DNA of 64,000 nucleotides from an uncultured Leptospiraceae bacterium (GCA_964629365.1 CAZVRB010000003.1:17711-81710); one strand, 5' to 3'. Positions 20,455 to 30,786 are shown, counted from the stretch's first letter. A program made the numbers and translations. The notes: a model not told the origin generated them from the sequence alone.

Positions 20455-20539
20455 TCAACCTGTTTGACTTTCTTATATTTTAAGAATAATATAGTATCAT
20501 GTATAAACATCTTAGCTCAAGCATTATACGAGAAATATC

Positions 20540-21973
20540 ATGAAAATACTATTGACAGGCTCTACCGGCTACATAGGAAGACGACTTGCATACAGCTTAC
20601 TCCAGGATAATGAAGTAGAACTTCGTCTGTTCGTTCGCAATCCTTCGACAGTAGATTCTTATCTTAATAATAACTGTGAGATTGTTACTGGAAGTACCTT
20701 CGATATAGGACCTCTCAATAATGCGCTACAAGATGTTGATATTGCATATTACCTTATCCACTCAATGTCATCAGGTAGTGATTACTCAGAATTAGACTGT
20801 ATAAGCGCTTCTAATTTCAAAGATGCATGTAATAACCAGAAAGTAGCAAGGGTAATTTACCTGGGAGGTCTTGGTGACCCGGAAACCGGCAGCAAACATC
20901 TGAAAAGCCGAATTAAAACCGGTAATATTTTATCAGGTAACGATGCATTGTATAATTGTATCTGGATTCGTGCAGGTGTGATAATCGGTTCCGGTAGTGC
21001 CAGTTTCGAGATCATCCGAAACCTGGTACAGAAATTACCTGTTATGCTCACCCCCAGGTGGGTCAATGTAAAAACAGAGCCAATTGCCATAAATGATGTA
21101 CTGGATTACCTGGTAAGGTCGAAAGACATTCAAATTGACAAGCACATTGTAGTTGATATCGGGACGGGATCCATGACTTTTGGTGAAATGCTTACAGTTT
21201 GTGCTGATGTGATGGGTCTTAAACGAATAATTATTCCTCTTCCCCTGTTCAGTCCCGGCCTGTCATCATACTGGCTTGTATTGTTTACACCGGTACCATT
21301 GAGAATTTCCAGAGAACTGGTTGAAGGTTTAAAATCTACAACTGTGAAATTGAACAACAATGCCGAAAATTTTTTCAGTGACATTGAACCAGTAACATAT
21401 TCGCAGGCTATACAGTACGCAATTGATGAGATTGAATGTAACAGCGTATTAAGCAGGTGGTCAGACAGCATGGGATCCTGCACACTTGATGATGCTCCTG
21501 ATGTACATCTTGATGATTACGTATATACCATGAGGGCATCCTCGAAGTACAACAGGTCACGTGAAAACATTTTCAGATCAATTGAAGGGATTGGTGGAGA
21601 CACCGGATGGTACCGTTTCCATATTCTATGGAAAATCCGTGGGCTCGTTGACAGGCTAACCGGAGGGTATGGAACAAAACGTGGAAGGCGTGATCAAGAA
21701 AAATTACGCATTGGCGACAGTCTTGATTTCTGGAAAGTAGTAGATATAACTCCCGGGACCAGGCTTCTGTTATATTCGGAGATGAAGTTACCGGGCAGGG
21801 GCTGGCTGGAGTTTTTGATTGATGATACTGAGCTTACCATCAGGGCGTATTTTGTACCAAAAGGAATAACAGGAAGAGTATACTGGTACAGCCTGTTTCC
21901 CATTCATAAGCTGCTGTTTCATTCAATTACAAAAAAAATTGTAAGCAAAAATATCAAACACCCGGAAGATTAA
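20540..21973 (+). CDS. NAD(P)-binding SDR-family protein with C-terminal DUF2867-like domain
   Basis: MKILLTGSTGYIGRRLA Rossmann motif. 477 aa. Confidence 0.7.
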   Translation: MKILLTGSTGYIGRRLAYSLLQDNEVELRLFVRNPSTVDSYLNNNCEIVTGSTFDIGPLNNALQDVDIAYYLIHSMSSGSDYSELDCISASNFKDACNNQKVARVIYLGGLGDPETGSKHLKSRIKTGNILSGNDALYNCIWIRAGVIIGSGSASFEIIRNLVQKLPVMLTPRWVNVKTEPIAINDVLDYLVRSKDIQIDKHIVVDIGTGSMTFGEMLTVCADVMGLKRIIIPLPLFSPGLSSYWLVLFTPVPLRISRELVEGLKSTTVKLNNNAENFFSDIEPVTYSQAIQYAIDEIECNSVLSRWSDSMGSCTLDDAPDVHLDDYVYTMRASSKYNRSRENIFRSIEGIGGDTGWYRFHILWKIRGLVDRLTGGYGTKRGRRDQEKLRIGDSLDFWKVVDITPGTRLLLYSEMKLPGRGWLEFLIDDTELTIRAYFVPKGITGRVYWYSLFPIHKLLFHSITKKIVSKNIKHPED

Positions 21974-22817
21974 AGTAGGAATAGATAGTCTGCAGCACCT
22001 CACCTGGTTTCTCCATGGGCACCAGGTGCGCAGCCCCTTCCATCACCATGAATTCACCATTGGGTAAAATTTCAGAAGCCTTCTTCAGGTCAATGTAATT
22101 CCTGTTTTCACTTTCTCCTCCTTCTATCACCAGTGCGGGGCATTGCACCTTTTCAAGAAGGGGCCATGGGTTTGCCTGCATCCCCCCCATGAACAATGAC
22201 GCTTCACTGCGTGGATGACAGGCAAGTGTAAGGCCTCCGGTATCACCTGTTACCATCCCGTACCTGATATATATATCAAGCATCTCATCGTTCCAGTTTC
22301 TAAAAAGTTTCTTTGACCTCAAGTATTCTTTTGCCTCACTGTCATCTTCCCAATAATTCTTTCTCTTGATTGATTTAGATGCAAGGGGATGCTGGTCTAC
22401 GGTAATCCCTACTTTGTAAAAATCTTCAGGCAGAAATATGGGTTCGATAAGTATCATCTTACTGGCTACTGAACCGTGAACAGCCTCGGCAAGCGTCATT
22501 GTGGTGGCACCCATTGAATGTCCCACAAGGTACGGTGCCGTGGTACCAAGGCTTCTGCATAATGAGCAGAGGTCATCTGCAAGCTGCATCCAGCTGACAC
22601 CACCCTCCTCGGGATCAACGATACGGTGATCACAAAAATACGGTGAAATCACCCTGCACTTTCCAGCCAGTTCTCTTGCAATGGGATGCCATATCCATGG
22701 TAAAAAACCTGTGGCATGTAGAAATATTACATAGGGACCATCACCATCATAATAGAGATATTCAATTTCACTATCACCTATATCCTGTCTGCGTACCTCT
22801 GGCATTGGTCCCTTCAT
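21954..22817 (-). CDS. Alpha/beta-fold hydrolase
   Basis: GHSMGATT nucleophile elbow. The start is placed at an internal Met (22817) so as not to overlap the upstream gene; the ORF-track start is 22910. Confidence 0.65.
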   Translation of the reverse strand: MKGPMPEVRRQDIGDSEIEYLYYDGDGPYVIFLHATGFLPWIWHPIARELAGKCRVISPYFCDHRIVDPEEGGVSWMQLADDLCSLCRSLGTTAPYLVGHSMGATTMTLAEAVHGSVASKMILIEPIFLPEDFYKVGITVDQHPLASKSIKRKNYWEDDSEAKEYLRSKKLFRNWNDEMLDIYIRYGMVTGDTGGLTLACHPRSEASLFMGGMQANPWPLLEKVQCPALVIEGGESENRNYIDLKKASEILPNGEFMVMEGAAHLVPMEKPGEVLQTIYSYFNLPGV

Positions 22818-22846
22818 AAGAAAATATCCCTTCTTCGTATTAAATA

Positions 22847-23758
22847 TTACAGGTTCTTTCTGAAAAATGTGGTGACCAGCTTTTCTGCCTTTGCTGGATC
22901 TCCCTGCCATGCCTCGGCATGTTTGTCACATGGAGCTTCCCAGAATTTCTTTGGTTCATTAGCTGCCTTGAATAGTTTCTGCCCATGCGAATAATCTATG
23001 TAATCATCATCTTTACAATGAATAACAAATACAGGACGGGGAGCTATTTCTCCGATCTGCTCAACCGGCTTCAGAACATCCACGTCAAGATTGCCCCTCA
23101 TCTCGTAGAACATCATTACCATTGGCATCATGGGATATTTTGGTAATCCAAAATCCACTTTAGCACGCTCGGTTATTATCTGCTGAAAATCGGTAAACGC
23201 CGCTTCAAATATCCCGGCCTTGATCCTCTTGTCTTCTACCATGGCAGGAACACTTGCAGCAACACCCATTGAAACACTGAGTACCCCTATACTCGAAATA
23301 TTCTTTATTTCAGCAAGGAAGTCAACAGCTCCCAGCACATCCTTCTTCTCATGGTAACCCATAGAATTGATGCTTCCCTCACTTTTACCCTGGTTTCTCA
23401 GGTCTACAAGCAGTACATTAAAACCTGCATCATGCAATGGTTTCAGCCAGCGCATACCTTCATGACGGGTTGCACCCCGTCCGTGTACAGTAATAACCGC
23501 TTTTTGTGAATTACCGGCAGGAACATACCAGCCACTTATTGTAATGTTATCTGAAGTCTTAAATGTAACGTTCTCATATTTCAGGCCAACTTCTTCAGGT
23601 CCTTTACAGTAGATGAAATGCTCCCGGGGACATTCTGATTTTGGGGGATAGAGCAAAACTGAAGAAAAATACCACGAAGCCCCCAGTAAAACCCCGATAA
23701 CAACCACAATAATAATTACCAGTATTGCTACAGTTCTTTTGCTCATATGGTTCTCCAA
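22847..23758 (-). CDS. Membrane-anchored alpha/beta hydrolase (dienelactone hydrolase/peptidase S9-like)
   Basis: N-terminal TM anchor. LSVSMGVAAS nucleophile elbow. Asp/His downstream. Confidence 0.7.
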   Translation of the reverse strand: MENHMSKRTVAILVIIIVVVIGVLLGASWYFSSVLLYPPKSECPREHFIYCKGPEEVGLKYENVTFKTSDNITISGWYVPAGNSQKAVITVHGRGATRHEGMRWLKPLHDAGFNVLLVDLRNQGKSEGSINSMGYHEKKDVLGAVDFLAEIKNISSIGVLSVSMGVAASVPAMVEDKRIKAGIFEAAFTDFQQIITERAKVDFGLPKYPMMPMVMMFYEMRGNLDVDVLKPVEQIGEIAPRPVFVIHCKDDDYIDYSHGQKLFKAANEPKKFWEAPCDKHAEAWQGDPAKAEKLVTTFFRKNL

Positions 23759-23784
23759 TTATTATTTATTAAATTTTAATAATA

Positions 23785-24204
23785 TCATTCTGCAATTATT
23801 TCTAAACGTACAACCCTGTCTTTTGATGTATCTTTTCTCCATTGCTGAGTATATAAAAATTCAATGAATTCTTCTCCACTTGAAGTTGCCTTGAATGTAA
23901 AAACCTGTTTTTCCGGCCGTCCAGTAACGTCTGCTTCGTGTTCTTTTTCCTGTATTACCGGCTCTCCAATAACTGTTATGTTGTCCGACTTTTTATTAAT
24001 CATCCATGAAAAACCTGTACTCAGTTGCGCGGGGAAACATATCCTGAATTGTTTTCCTGTTTCTACTGAAATCTTCTTTGTTTCTGTTTCATTATCTACA
24101 TATACCGTACAAACATCTTTTTTACAGGCTGCCATTGATACACAAATTGCAATTATCGCAATTAGTACTATACGTGTACCAGTTATTTGTTTTGTCATTC
24201 TCAT
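23785..24204 (-). CDS. Chagasin-like (MEROPS I42) cysteine-peptidase inhibitor lipoprotein
   Basis: Lipoprotein signal (…SMAAC). FPAQLSTGFSW corresponds to the chagasin NPTTGF/YxW loop. FTFKATSSGEEFIEFLYTQQW corresponds to the F.V.A...G....L.Y.RPW C-terminal loop. Size 139 aa. Confidence 0.5.
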   Translation of the reverse strand: MRMTKQITGTRIVLIAIIAICVSMAACKKDVCTVYVDNETETKKISVETGKQFRICFPAQLSTGFSWMINKKSDNITVIGEPVIQEKEHEADVTGRPEKQVFTFKATSSGEEFIEFLYTQQWRKDTSKDRVVRLEIIAE

Positions 24205-24216
24205 ACTAATCCTCTC

Positions 24217-25392
24217 CTATTGAAGCTCCGTTTTATCCACGGTGATCCATGCTGCACCGTATCCTATATTATTACATCCGTATTCTATCCACATGTACCC
24301 ATTCTCACCCCATCGTTCACCCCAGGAATTCTTAATGAGGTATGCCTTTTTATTATCATCCCAGCCAACTATAACAATTCCATGATTGATATCCCGTTCT
24401 CCACGTACGCGTGTACGTTCATCAAAGATGCCTCCAACATATGCCTGGAAAGCAGGGGTAACTTTTACGCACGCAGCAATGGGTCCATGCTTTGCAATAG
24501 CCTTTTTCATGGCTGATACAGGGGGGATACCCGCATCATTTTCCACATACCCCCATGCAATCAACCTGTATCCTGTTTTTTTTGTTTGGCTGCAATTCAG
24601 AGCCCTTCCCTTATAAGGAGCGTATTTTTCTTCAACAACGCTGTTCTTCGTAAGGTAATCAAAAACCTTTCCGTACCAGCCACCATTACAGCTGCCGGCA
24701 TCACTTCCGCGTGAATCCACCGCGCAGTTTATCAGGTGTTGTTCCGAGAGGTCCAGTTCAACGTCATTCATTATCTTAAAACATGATTCGTATACTGCCA
24801 GTGATGTAAAGGCCCAGCAGCTGCCGCATGTGCCCTGGTATCGAACATCTGTCATCATATCCTTATCATACCAGCTGAATGATGTAAGTGCAGGATCAGC
24901 CAGTTGAAAATGATCAGGAAGATCCTTCTCTGGTATTTCTTCTGGTGGAGCCGTTTTGTCATCTTCTTTCCTGGTTTCTTCTTTGAAATATTTGCTCTCA
25001 CCTTTTTTCTTTTCGTGTTCTCTCAGCTTCTTTAAAAAATATCTGAATAACCGGTCGCCCCAATCGCTCTGTATTTTTGCATCATCCTCAAGTGTATCCG
25101 GCACGGATATCCCGGTTATTTCATCTATTTCATGTTTTATTGCATCTGTTATATCAACCTTATATTTAAGGTTTCTTTTTATTATGTCCTGGCGTATTTG
25201 CTGCATCTGTTTTTTAATAAGTTCTACATCTTTTGTCTGCCTTTCTTTCTGTTCTTCAACATCCTTCTTGAAAAAGTTGAAAAACCCTGATTCAGAATAC
25301 GTGGCTGAATTGTAAGAAAATACTGATACCAGTACCAGCACTATCATTGTTAGGGTATACTGTTTAGTCTTCATAAAACCATCCTGTCTCAT
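24217..25392 (-). CDS. Papain-family (C1A) cysteine peptidase with N-terminal signal and charged pro-region
   Basis: Catalytic Cys motif QGTCGSCWAF. His motif NHGIVIVGWDD. NSWGERWGENGYMWI Asn/Trp motif. K/E-rich coiled pro-region. Confidence 0.85.
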   Translation of the reverse strand: MRQDGFMKTKQYTLTMIVLVLVSVFSYNSATYSESGFFNFFKKDVEEQKERQTKDVELIKKQMQQIRQDIIKRNLKYKVDITDAIKHEIDEITGISVPDTLEDDAKIQSDWGDRLFRYFLKKLREHEKKKGESKYFKEETRKEDDKTAPPEEIPEKDLPDHFQLADPALTSFSWYDKDMMTDVRYQGTCGSCWAFTSLAVYESCFKIMNDVELDLSEQHLINCAVDSRGSDAGSCNGGWYGKVFDYLTKNSVVEEKYAPYKGRALNCSQTKKTGYRLIAWGYVENDAGIPPVSAMKKAIAKHGPIAACVKVTPAFQAYVGGIFDERTRVRGERDINHGIVIVGWDDNKKAYLIKNSWGERWGENGYMWIEYGCNNIGYGAAWITVDKTELQ

Positions 25393-25522
25393 TGTTTACA
25401 TGATAATAGATTACAGGAGGGGGTTTCCGCAAGTTTTTTTTAATTAATAATTACATCAATCTTTATTGACTTATAGTCTTCAATGTATAACAATCCATAT
25501 AAAAACAAACCGGAGTTATGCC

Positions 25523-26188
25523 ATGCAGCATATCATCAAACACGGTCCGTCATATGCCCTTTTGCATGTTGACCTGTCCCCGGGTGAAACCATCCAGTCA
25601 GAAGCGGGATCCATGGTCTACATGAGTAAACACATGGATGTAAAAACCATGTCGGGAGGGAGCATTCTGACCGCCCTGGCAAGGAAAATACTTGGCGGTG
25701 AATCCTTTTTCCTGAATACATTTTCCGTTGAAGGATCTACAGCAACCCTTGGGCTGGCTGCTTCAATGGCTGGAGATATCCATCATCTCACGCTAAACGG
25801 CAATAGTGTGTACATACAGGGCAGCTCATTTTTATGTTCAGGACCAGGGATCAACACAAAGACAAAATTCGGGGGTATTAGATCCTTACTTGGTGGAGAA
25901 GGACTTTTTCTTTTAAAGACTGAAGGCAACGGGGATCTATTTCTTTCATCATACGGGGCAATACTGCCAATACAGGTTGAATCATCATACATGGTGGATA
26001 CCGGGCATATAGTAGCATTTGAAGATACACTGGACTATTCCATACGCCGGGTTGGTAACTGGAAATCAACCCTGTTTTCCGGAGAAGGCCTGGTTACAGA
26101 GTTCACAGGAAAGGGAACCGTGTGGATACAGACCAGGGTCCCATCGGGATTTATACGATGGCTGATTCGTTTGTTACCGGGGGAATAA
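25523..26188 (+). CDS. AIM24/TIGR00266 (DUF124) family protein, paralog 1
   Basis: ATG at 25523 follows GGAG. MQHIIKHGPSYALLHVDLSPGE...GGESFFLNTF...GEGLFLLK...VDTGHIVAFE match the AIM24 family. Confidence 0.75.
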   Translation: MQHIIKHGPSYALLHVDLSPGETIQSEAGSMVYMSKHMDVKTMSGGSILTALARKILGGESFFLNTFSVEGSTATLGLAASMAGDIHHLTLNGNSVYIQGSSFLCSGPGINTKTKFGGIRSLLGGEGLFLLKTEGNGDLFLSSYGAILPIQVESSYMVDTGHIVAFEDTLDYSIRRVGNWKSTLFSGEGLVTEFTGKGTVWIQTRVPSGFIRWLIRLLPGE

Positions 26189-26189
26189 C

Positions 26190-26867
26190 ATGGATATAAA
26201 TATACAGTATAAGCCATCCTATGCTATTGCAGATATCTTTATGAACGCGGGCGAAAAGATTCTTGCCGAAAGCGGTGCAATGATGAGTTTCTCGCCGGGC
26301 ATATCAATTGAAACCCACAGGGCACAGAAGGGAAAGGGGGTATTACGCTCACTTAAAACATCCTTTCTTGGTGGAGAATCTTTCTGGATGAATACTTTTA
26401 CCGCCACATCCGGCGAAGGAACCGTAACCCTTGCCCCCACCCTTCCCGGTGACATAGCCCTGGTTGACTGTGATGGAACCATTTTCGTGCAGTCATCTTC
26501 ATTCCTTGCCGGAAGTACAGAACTTGAAATGGATACTGCCTTCCAGGGTATGAAGGGTTTTTTCAGCGGTGAATCTCTTTTCTTTTTAAAAATTTCCGGC
26601 CGCGGCCCACTGCTTCTTTCAAGTTACGGTGGCATTGAGGAAATACGGGTAAAGGACAGCCTGGTTGTGGATACCGGACACATAGTAGCCTTTGACGAGG
26701 GATTGAACTATTCAATAAAGAAGTTTGGAGGATGGAAGTCCTTCTTCCTCAGCGGCGAAGGGCTGGTATGTGAGTTCAATGGGAACGGCCGTGTCTGGAT
26801 ACAGTCAAGAAACGTTGCTTCACTTACTACATGGTTAACAGCCAAGCTTCCACCTAAGAAACAATAG
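26190..26867 (+). CDS. AIM24/TIGR00266 family protein, paralog 2
   Basis: Same domain organisation and motifs (GGESFWMNTF, GESLFFLK, VDTGHIVAFDE). A 1-nt gap separates it from paralog 1. Confidence 0.75.
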   Translation: MDINIQYKPSYAIADIFMNAGEKILAESGAMMSFSPGISIETHRAQKGKGVLRSLKTSFLGGESFWMNTFTATSGEGTVTLAPTLPGDIALVDCDGTIFVQSSSFLAGSTELEMDTAFQGMKGFFSGESLFFLKISGRGPLLLSSYGGIEEIRVKDSLVVDTGHIVAFDEGLNYSIKKFGGWKSFFLSGEGLVCEFNGNGRVWIQSRNVASLTTWLTAKLPPKKQ

Positions 26868-26878
26868 GGGTACCATCT

Positions 26879-27559
26879 ATGAATTTTGATATAAACAGCA
26901 GACCAGATTTTTCATGTATAAGAATTGAGTTGCAGGACGGGGAACGCATAATGGCAGAATCGGGCGCCATGGTTGCCATGTCACCTTCAATTCAGATCGA
27001 GACCAGCGCACGCGGCGGAGTTCTGGGATCATTGAAAAGGTCATTTCTCGGTGGTGAATCCTTTTTCATGAATACATTCTCTTCAGTGGGCAGCAGTGGT
27101 GAAATATACTTTTCACCACCCACCTCTGGTGACGTTTGGTCCCTTGACATCGAAAACCGTACATATATTTTATCTACCGGTGCATATGTATGCAGCACTC
27201 CAGGCATTGAACTGGATTCGAAATGGGGAGGAGCTAAAGCTTTCTTCGGTGGTGAAGGACTTTTCTTTCTGAAAGCTGCCGGCAATGGCACGCTGTTCTT
27301 CTCCAGTTTCGGTGCCATCCATGAAATCAATGTGAATGATGAATATATTGTTGATACAGGACATATAGTTGCATTTGAAGAATCACTTCAATACAATATA
27401 GAAAAAGTTGGCGGACTTAAATCACTATTCCTTTCAGGTGAAGGACTTGTATGCAGATTCAAAGGTTCTGGCAAATTATATTTGCAAACCAGGAATAATA
27501 GTTCATTTGCTGCGTGGGCTAACCAGTTTCGAAGAGTGAAAAAATCATCAAATAACTGA
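26879..27559 (+). CDS. AIM24/TIGR00266 family protein, paralog 3
   Basis: Same motifs (GGESFFMNTF, GEGLFFLK, VDTGHIVAFEE). Third tandem copy. Confidence 0.75.
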   Translation: MNFDINSRPDFSCIRIELQDGERIMAESGAMVAMSPSIQIETSARGGVLGSLKRSFLGGESFFMNTFSSVGSSGEIYFSPPTSGDVWSLDIENRTYILSTGAYVCSTPGIELDSKWGGAKAFFGGEGLFFLKAAGNGTLFFSSFGAIHEINVNDEYIVDTGHIVAFEESLQYNIEKVGGLKSLFLSGEGLVCRFKGSGKLYLQTRNNSSFAAWANQFRRVKKSSNN

Positions 27560-27566
27560 TACCACC

Positions 27567-28097
27567 TCACCCATTCTTTTTATCAAGTACCATTTCGAGG
27601 TAGGATTTTCTAGTAAAATTCGTGAGTTCCAGTTTTTCGGCCAGTTCAAAAATATCTTTTTCTGCTTCCTCGCTTTCTTCGCTTCGAAGTTCAAGCTCCA
27701 CAAAAGTGCCAAGGGATTCTACTGTATCGAGACAAACCAGTATTTCACCTATCATATACTCTTCCCTCTTTTTATTCACAGAACCTGTTCGGCTAAAACC
27801 AAGTTTTCCAATTATTGCCTGAAAACCAGCGGGGTCATCGATGGAAACTTCCCGTTCGTACCTGGTTTTTGCTTTTTCTGAAAGTTTTGGTCCTTTATAC
27901 GTAACAACTGCCATGTCTCCGGATCTCCGAATTCGCAAAGCTTCATCTGTCTCAGCAAAATCTCTACAGGGATGGTTATAGTAGTCATCATTCTCCTGCA
28001 AAACGCCAACATATGATCCACCTGCATCTATTATCTTTTGACGCATCTTTTCCATATCATCACAGAATGCCTTTATTTCTATTTCCAGTGTATTCAC
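27567..28097 (-). CDS. CYTH-domain protein (class IV adenylate cyclase / triphosphate tunnel metalloenzyme family)
   Basis: N-terminal EIEIK (ExExK) signature. 176 aa, the size of CyaB/ThTPase-like proteins. Confidence 0.7.
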   Translation of the reverse strand: MNTLEIEIKAFCDDMEKMRQKIIDAGGSYVGVLQENDDYYNHPCRDFAETDEALRIRRSGDMAVVTYKGPKLSEKAKTRYEREVSIDDPAGFQAIIGKLGFSRTGSVNKKREEYMIGEILVCLDTVESLGTFVELELRSEESEEAEKDIFELAEKLELTNFTRKSYLEMVLDKKNG

Positions 28098-28099
28098 AT

Positions 28100-28840
28100 T
28101 TATCTCCTGTGCAGCGGTCCACCTACTGCTATACCATCACTACCAAGAAAACGCCGGGTTTTACCGTTAACCTTGATAATTATACTATCTATGTTTTCAA
28201 ACTGTGTGGCCGTATATATAATCTGATCAATTCTGCTCAAAAGTATATTTCCGGATGCCCCGTATTCGATTGCACTGTTAAAATTTAAAATAGCGGTATT
28301 ACCTGAAATAGTAACATCATATATTTTAGTATTTGAATTGACAGCAGTAAGAATGCCTCTCTTCTTCTCAGATGATGATGGTCCTTTAATAAGTTCTTCA
28401 ATTGATGACTTTACCGGAGTAATGGCCGGAACAGTTCTGAATACCGGATGCAGGTATGTCTTTTCTGTTTTTTCATTGAAATCAATGAGATAAATTTTAA
28501 CCTTTTTTGAAACAACCTTTTCTTTTCTATCTTCTTCTACTTTCTTTTCTTTCTGCTCAATATTGTCTTCTTTATTATCTTTCTTATTATCTTTATCTTT
28601 ATCGGGTTCATATACAAGATGGCCGGGAGTAATGATCTCTGGTGAATCAGTCTTTTTATTGTCAAATGAATAGTTGTTCAGCATGAAAAGAACCGCTGCA
28701 AGCAAGGCCATTATAACAAGCACATACCCGGCTTTCGAAGCCGAAGTCTGCTTTTCATTCTTCTTAGCGGTAGTATTTGTTTTTTTTGCGGGTGTCTTAG
28801 TCTTACTACCTGACTTCTTTTTTTTGCCACCTGTTGCCAT
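28100..28840 (-). CDS. Membrane-anchored protein with K-rich N-terminus and C-terminal GerMN-like domain
   Basis: Basic N-terminus, one TM helix, a low-complexity K/D/E linker, and a C-terminal domain resembling GerMN (…TISGNTAILNFNSAIEYGASG…). Confidence 0.45.
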   Translation of the reverse strand: MATGGKKKKSGSKTKTPAKKTNTTAKKNEKQTSASKAGYVLVIMALLAAVLFMLNNYSFDNKKTDSPEIITPGHLVYEPDKDKDNKKDNKEDNIEQKEKKVEEDRKEKVVSKKVKIYLIDFNEKTEKTYLHPVFRTVPAITPVKSSIEELIKGPSSSEKKRGILTAVNSNTKIYDVTISGNTAILNFNSAIEYGASGNILLSRIDQIIYTATQFENIDSIIIKVNGKTRRFLGSDGIAVGGPLHRR

Positions 28841-29075
28841 CTTTAACTACTCCAAATCTTAAAAACTCATATACCTGATATAATAAGTTGTGTCATTATG
28901 CAATCTTTTTGTCAATGTATAGCGCAATAATATTTCCAAAAAAACAAAATAATTCATGCTGATCATACTATTCCTTGTCCTTCTATTAATATATAAATTT
29001 ACATAAATGTAAGCTAAATAATGTGGATTTTTCAACTAAAATGGTATATGTTACTCACAAAAGGGGATATATTTT

Positions 29076-30497
29076 ATGCAGACAATACATGTGATTGATA
29101 AAAATATCGATGAGCTTATCGCGATGATTTTATCAGGAACCACTGATGAAAGAAATAATGCCGCGGAAATGCTTGTTGGAAAAGGACTGGAAGCTGCCCA
29201 AAAGCTGATCACGCTTCTTTCTGAACAAAATAGAGATATACGGGATGTGGTGATCTGGGCATTGTGTGAAATAAAAGAAAATATTGAAACCCCTTTGCAA
29301 AAATCCCTTACCAGTAATAACAGTACTATTATAGAAGGTGCCGCATATATACTTGGTATAAAAAAAAGTAAGGAATCTGTTCCTCACCTGATCCCCCTTT
29401 TGAAACATCAATCACCCGAAACACGCCAGAGTGCAGCATGGTCACTTGTAAGAATCGGCACACCATCAGTACCTGCACTGATTGAAGCTCTTTCAGATAA
29501 TAGCATTATTGTTCAGGATCTTTCTATATGGAGCCTCACAAAGATTGGTGAACCTGCAGTGGTACCGCTTCTCGAAAGTTTCTCTTCATTTAACCCCGAT
29601 ATGCAAATCATGATTGAAGAATTACTATTGCATTTTTCAGAAGAAATGGAAGAAACATTTATAGCATACCTTGATACAAAAGACACGGCCCTTAAACTCA
29701 GCCTTTTACGATTACTTGGTAATTCAAATAACTCACGATCAATTGAGATTCTTATCGATCATCTGAAATCAGATATACGGTCAATACGTCAGCAGGCGGT
29801 ATTGTCACTTTCAAGGGCTGACGAAACAGTTATTCCTGTTATATTTCGCGCTATAGCAACAGGTCGCATATCAATTGATGATGATATAATCAGTCTAATA
29901 ACAAGAATTCGTAAACCTGCTGTTCCCTATCTGCTTGAATTTCTTTGCGATCCCCAGCTGGAGCTTCGAATAATGGCAGCAAAAGCCCTTGGAATAATCA
30001 AGGACAGGCGATCCCTGGAACCATTAATACTAAGCCTTGAAGACAAGAATACCCGGGTTCGTGAAACAGCCGCTCGTGCCCTGGAAATGATAGAACATCC
30101 GGCCGCAGTTAAACCATTAATGAAACTATTGATGAATACTACACATCCTATTGTTGTATCGAATACTATTCACGCACTTGCCAAACTTGCTGACAAAGAT
30201 ACGGTGTGCCATGTGGCCGATAATTTTCATTCAATGGATCACATAGTGCAAGAGCGACTTATTCAGCTGCTTGGACATTACAACTGTGAGAAAAGCGAAA
30301 CTATTATGATAGAAAGTTTAAAATCTGATAACGAGGACATTCGCAGGTACGCTGTTCGTTCTCTTGGAAGATGTGGCAACGAACGTTCTATCGAATACTT
30401 GAAAACAGTAATCATTGATGATATAAATATCATTTCTGATGAAGCCCGATCTTCACTGAAATCTATCCAGGACAGGCTTAAGCGAAATAATTTGTAA
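29076..30497 (+). CDS. HEAT/PBS-lyase-type repeat protein
   Basis: Repeated about 30-aa units of the form ..R..A..aLg.ig...avp.Li..L.D.....vR..A..aL... Confidence 0.7.
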   Translation: MQTIHVIDKNIDELIAMILSGTTDERNNAAEMLVGKGLEAAQKLITLLSEQNRDIRDVVIWALCEIKENIETPLQKSLTSNNSTIIEGAAYILGIKKSKESVPHLIPLLKHQSPETRQSAAWSLVRIGTPSVPALIEALSDNSIIVQDLSIWSLTKIGEPAVVPLLESFSSFNPDMQIMIEELLLHFSEEMEETFIAYLDTKDTALKLSLLRLLGNSNNSRSIEILIDHLKSDIRSIRQQAVLSLSRADETVIPVIFRAIATGRISIDDDIISLITRIRKPAVPYLLEFLCDPQLELRIMAAKALGIIKDRRSLEPLILSLEDKNTRVRETAARALEMIEHPAAVKPLMKLLMNTTHPIVVSNTIHALAKLADKDTVCHVADNFHSMDHIVQERLIQLLGHYNCEKSETIMIESLKSDNEDIRRYAVRSLGRCGNERSIEYLKTVIIDDINIISDEARSSLKSIQDRLKRNNL

Positions 30498-30578
30498 AAT
30501 TATTCTTGTCAAATATCCAATTATAAAGATAAAGATCATCTACATCATTATTTTTTTACACAGAAAAGGATTTCCAAT

Positions 30579-30779
30579 ATGCAGAATATAAAAGAAGTAT
30601 TGCTTTATAATTGCGACTCACTTGATTACGTGGGTAAAATTACAATCACAGATGATAAGTGGAATTTTGAAGAAATAGACAACGATTTTCTTGTTAAAAC
30701 AACTTCGGGAATGCCGCTTAAGGCCGTTCTTGCTACCCTTATATCTTTTGATTTGGTGTATGACATAATAGAAAACTGA
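30579..30779 (+). CDS. Small hypothetical protein (66 aa)
   Basis: ORF with a plausible RBS region. No recognisable domain. Confidence 0.3.
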   Translation: MQNIKEVLLYNCDSLDYVGKITITDDKWNFEEIDNDFLVKTTSGMPLKAVLATLISFDLVYDIIEN

Positions 30780-30786
30780 GATTGTA

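Noticed and set aside
22818-22910. Upstream extension of the alpha/beta hydrolase overlapping the preceding hydrolase gene by 64 nt
   Set aside because: Internal Met codons at 22817 and 22805 give a non-overlapping start, which is more parsimonious. The exact start remains uncertain.
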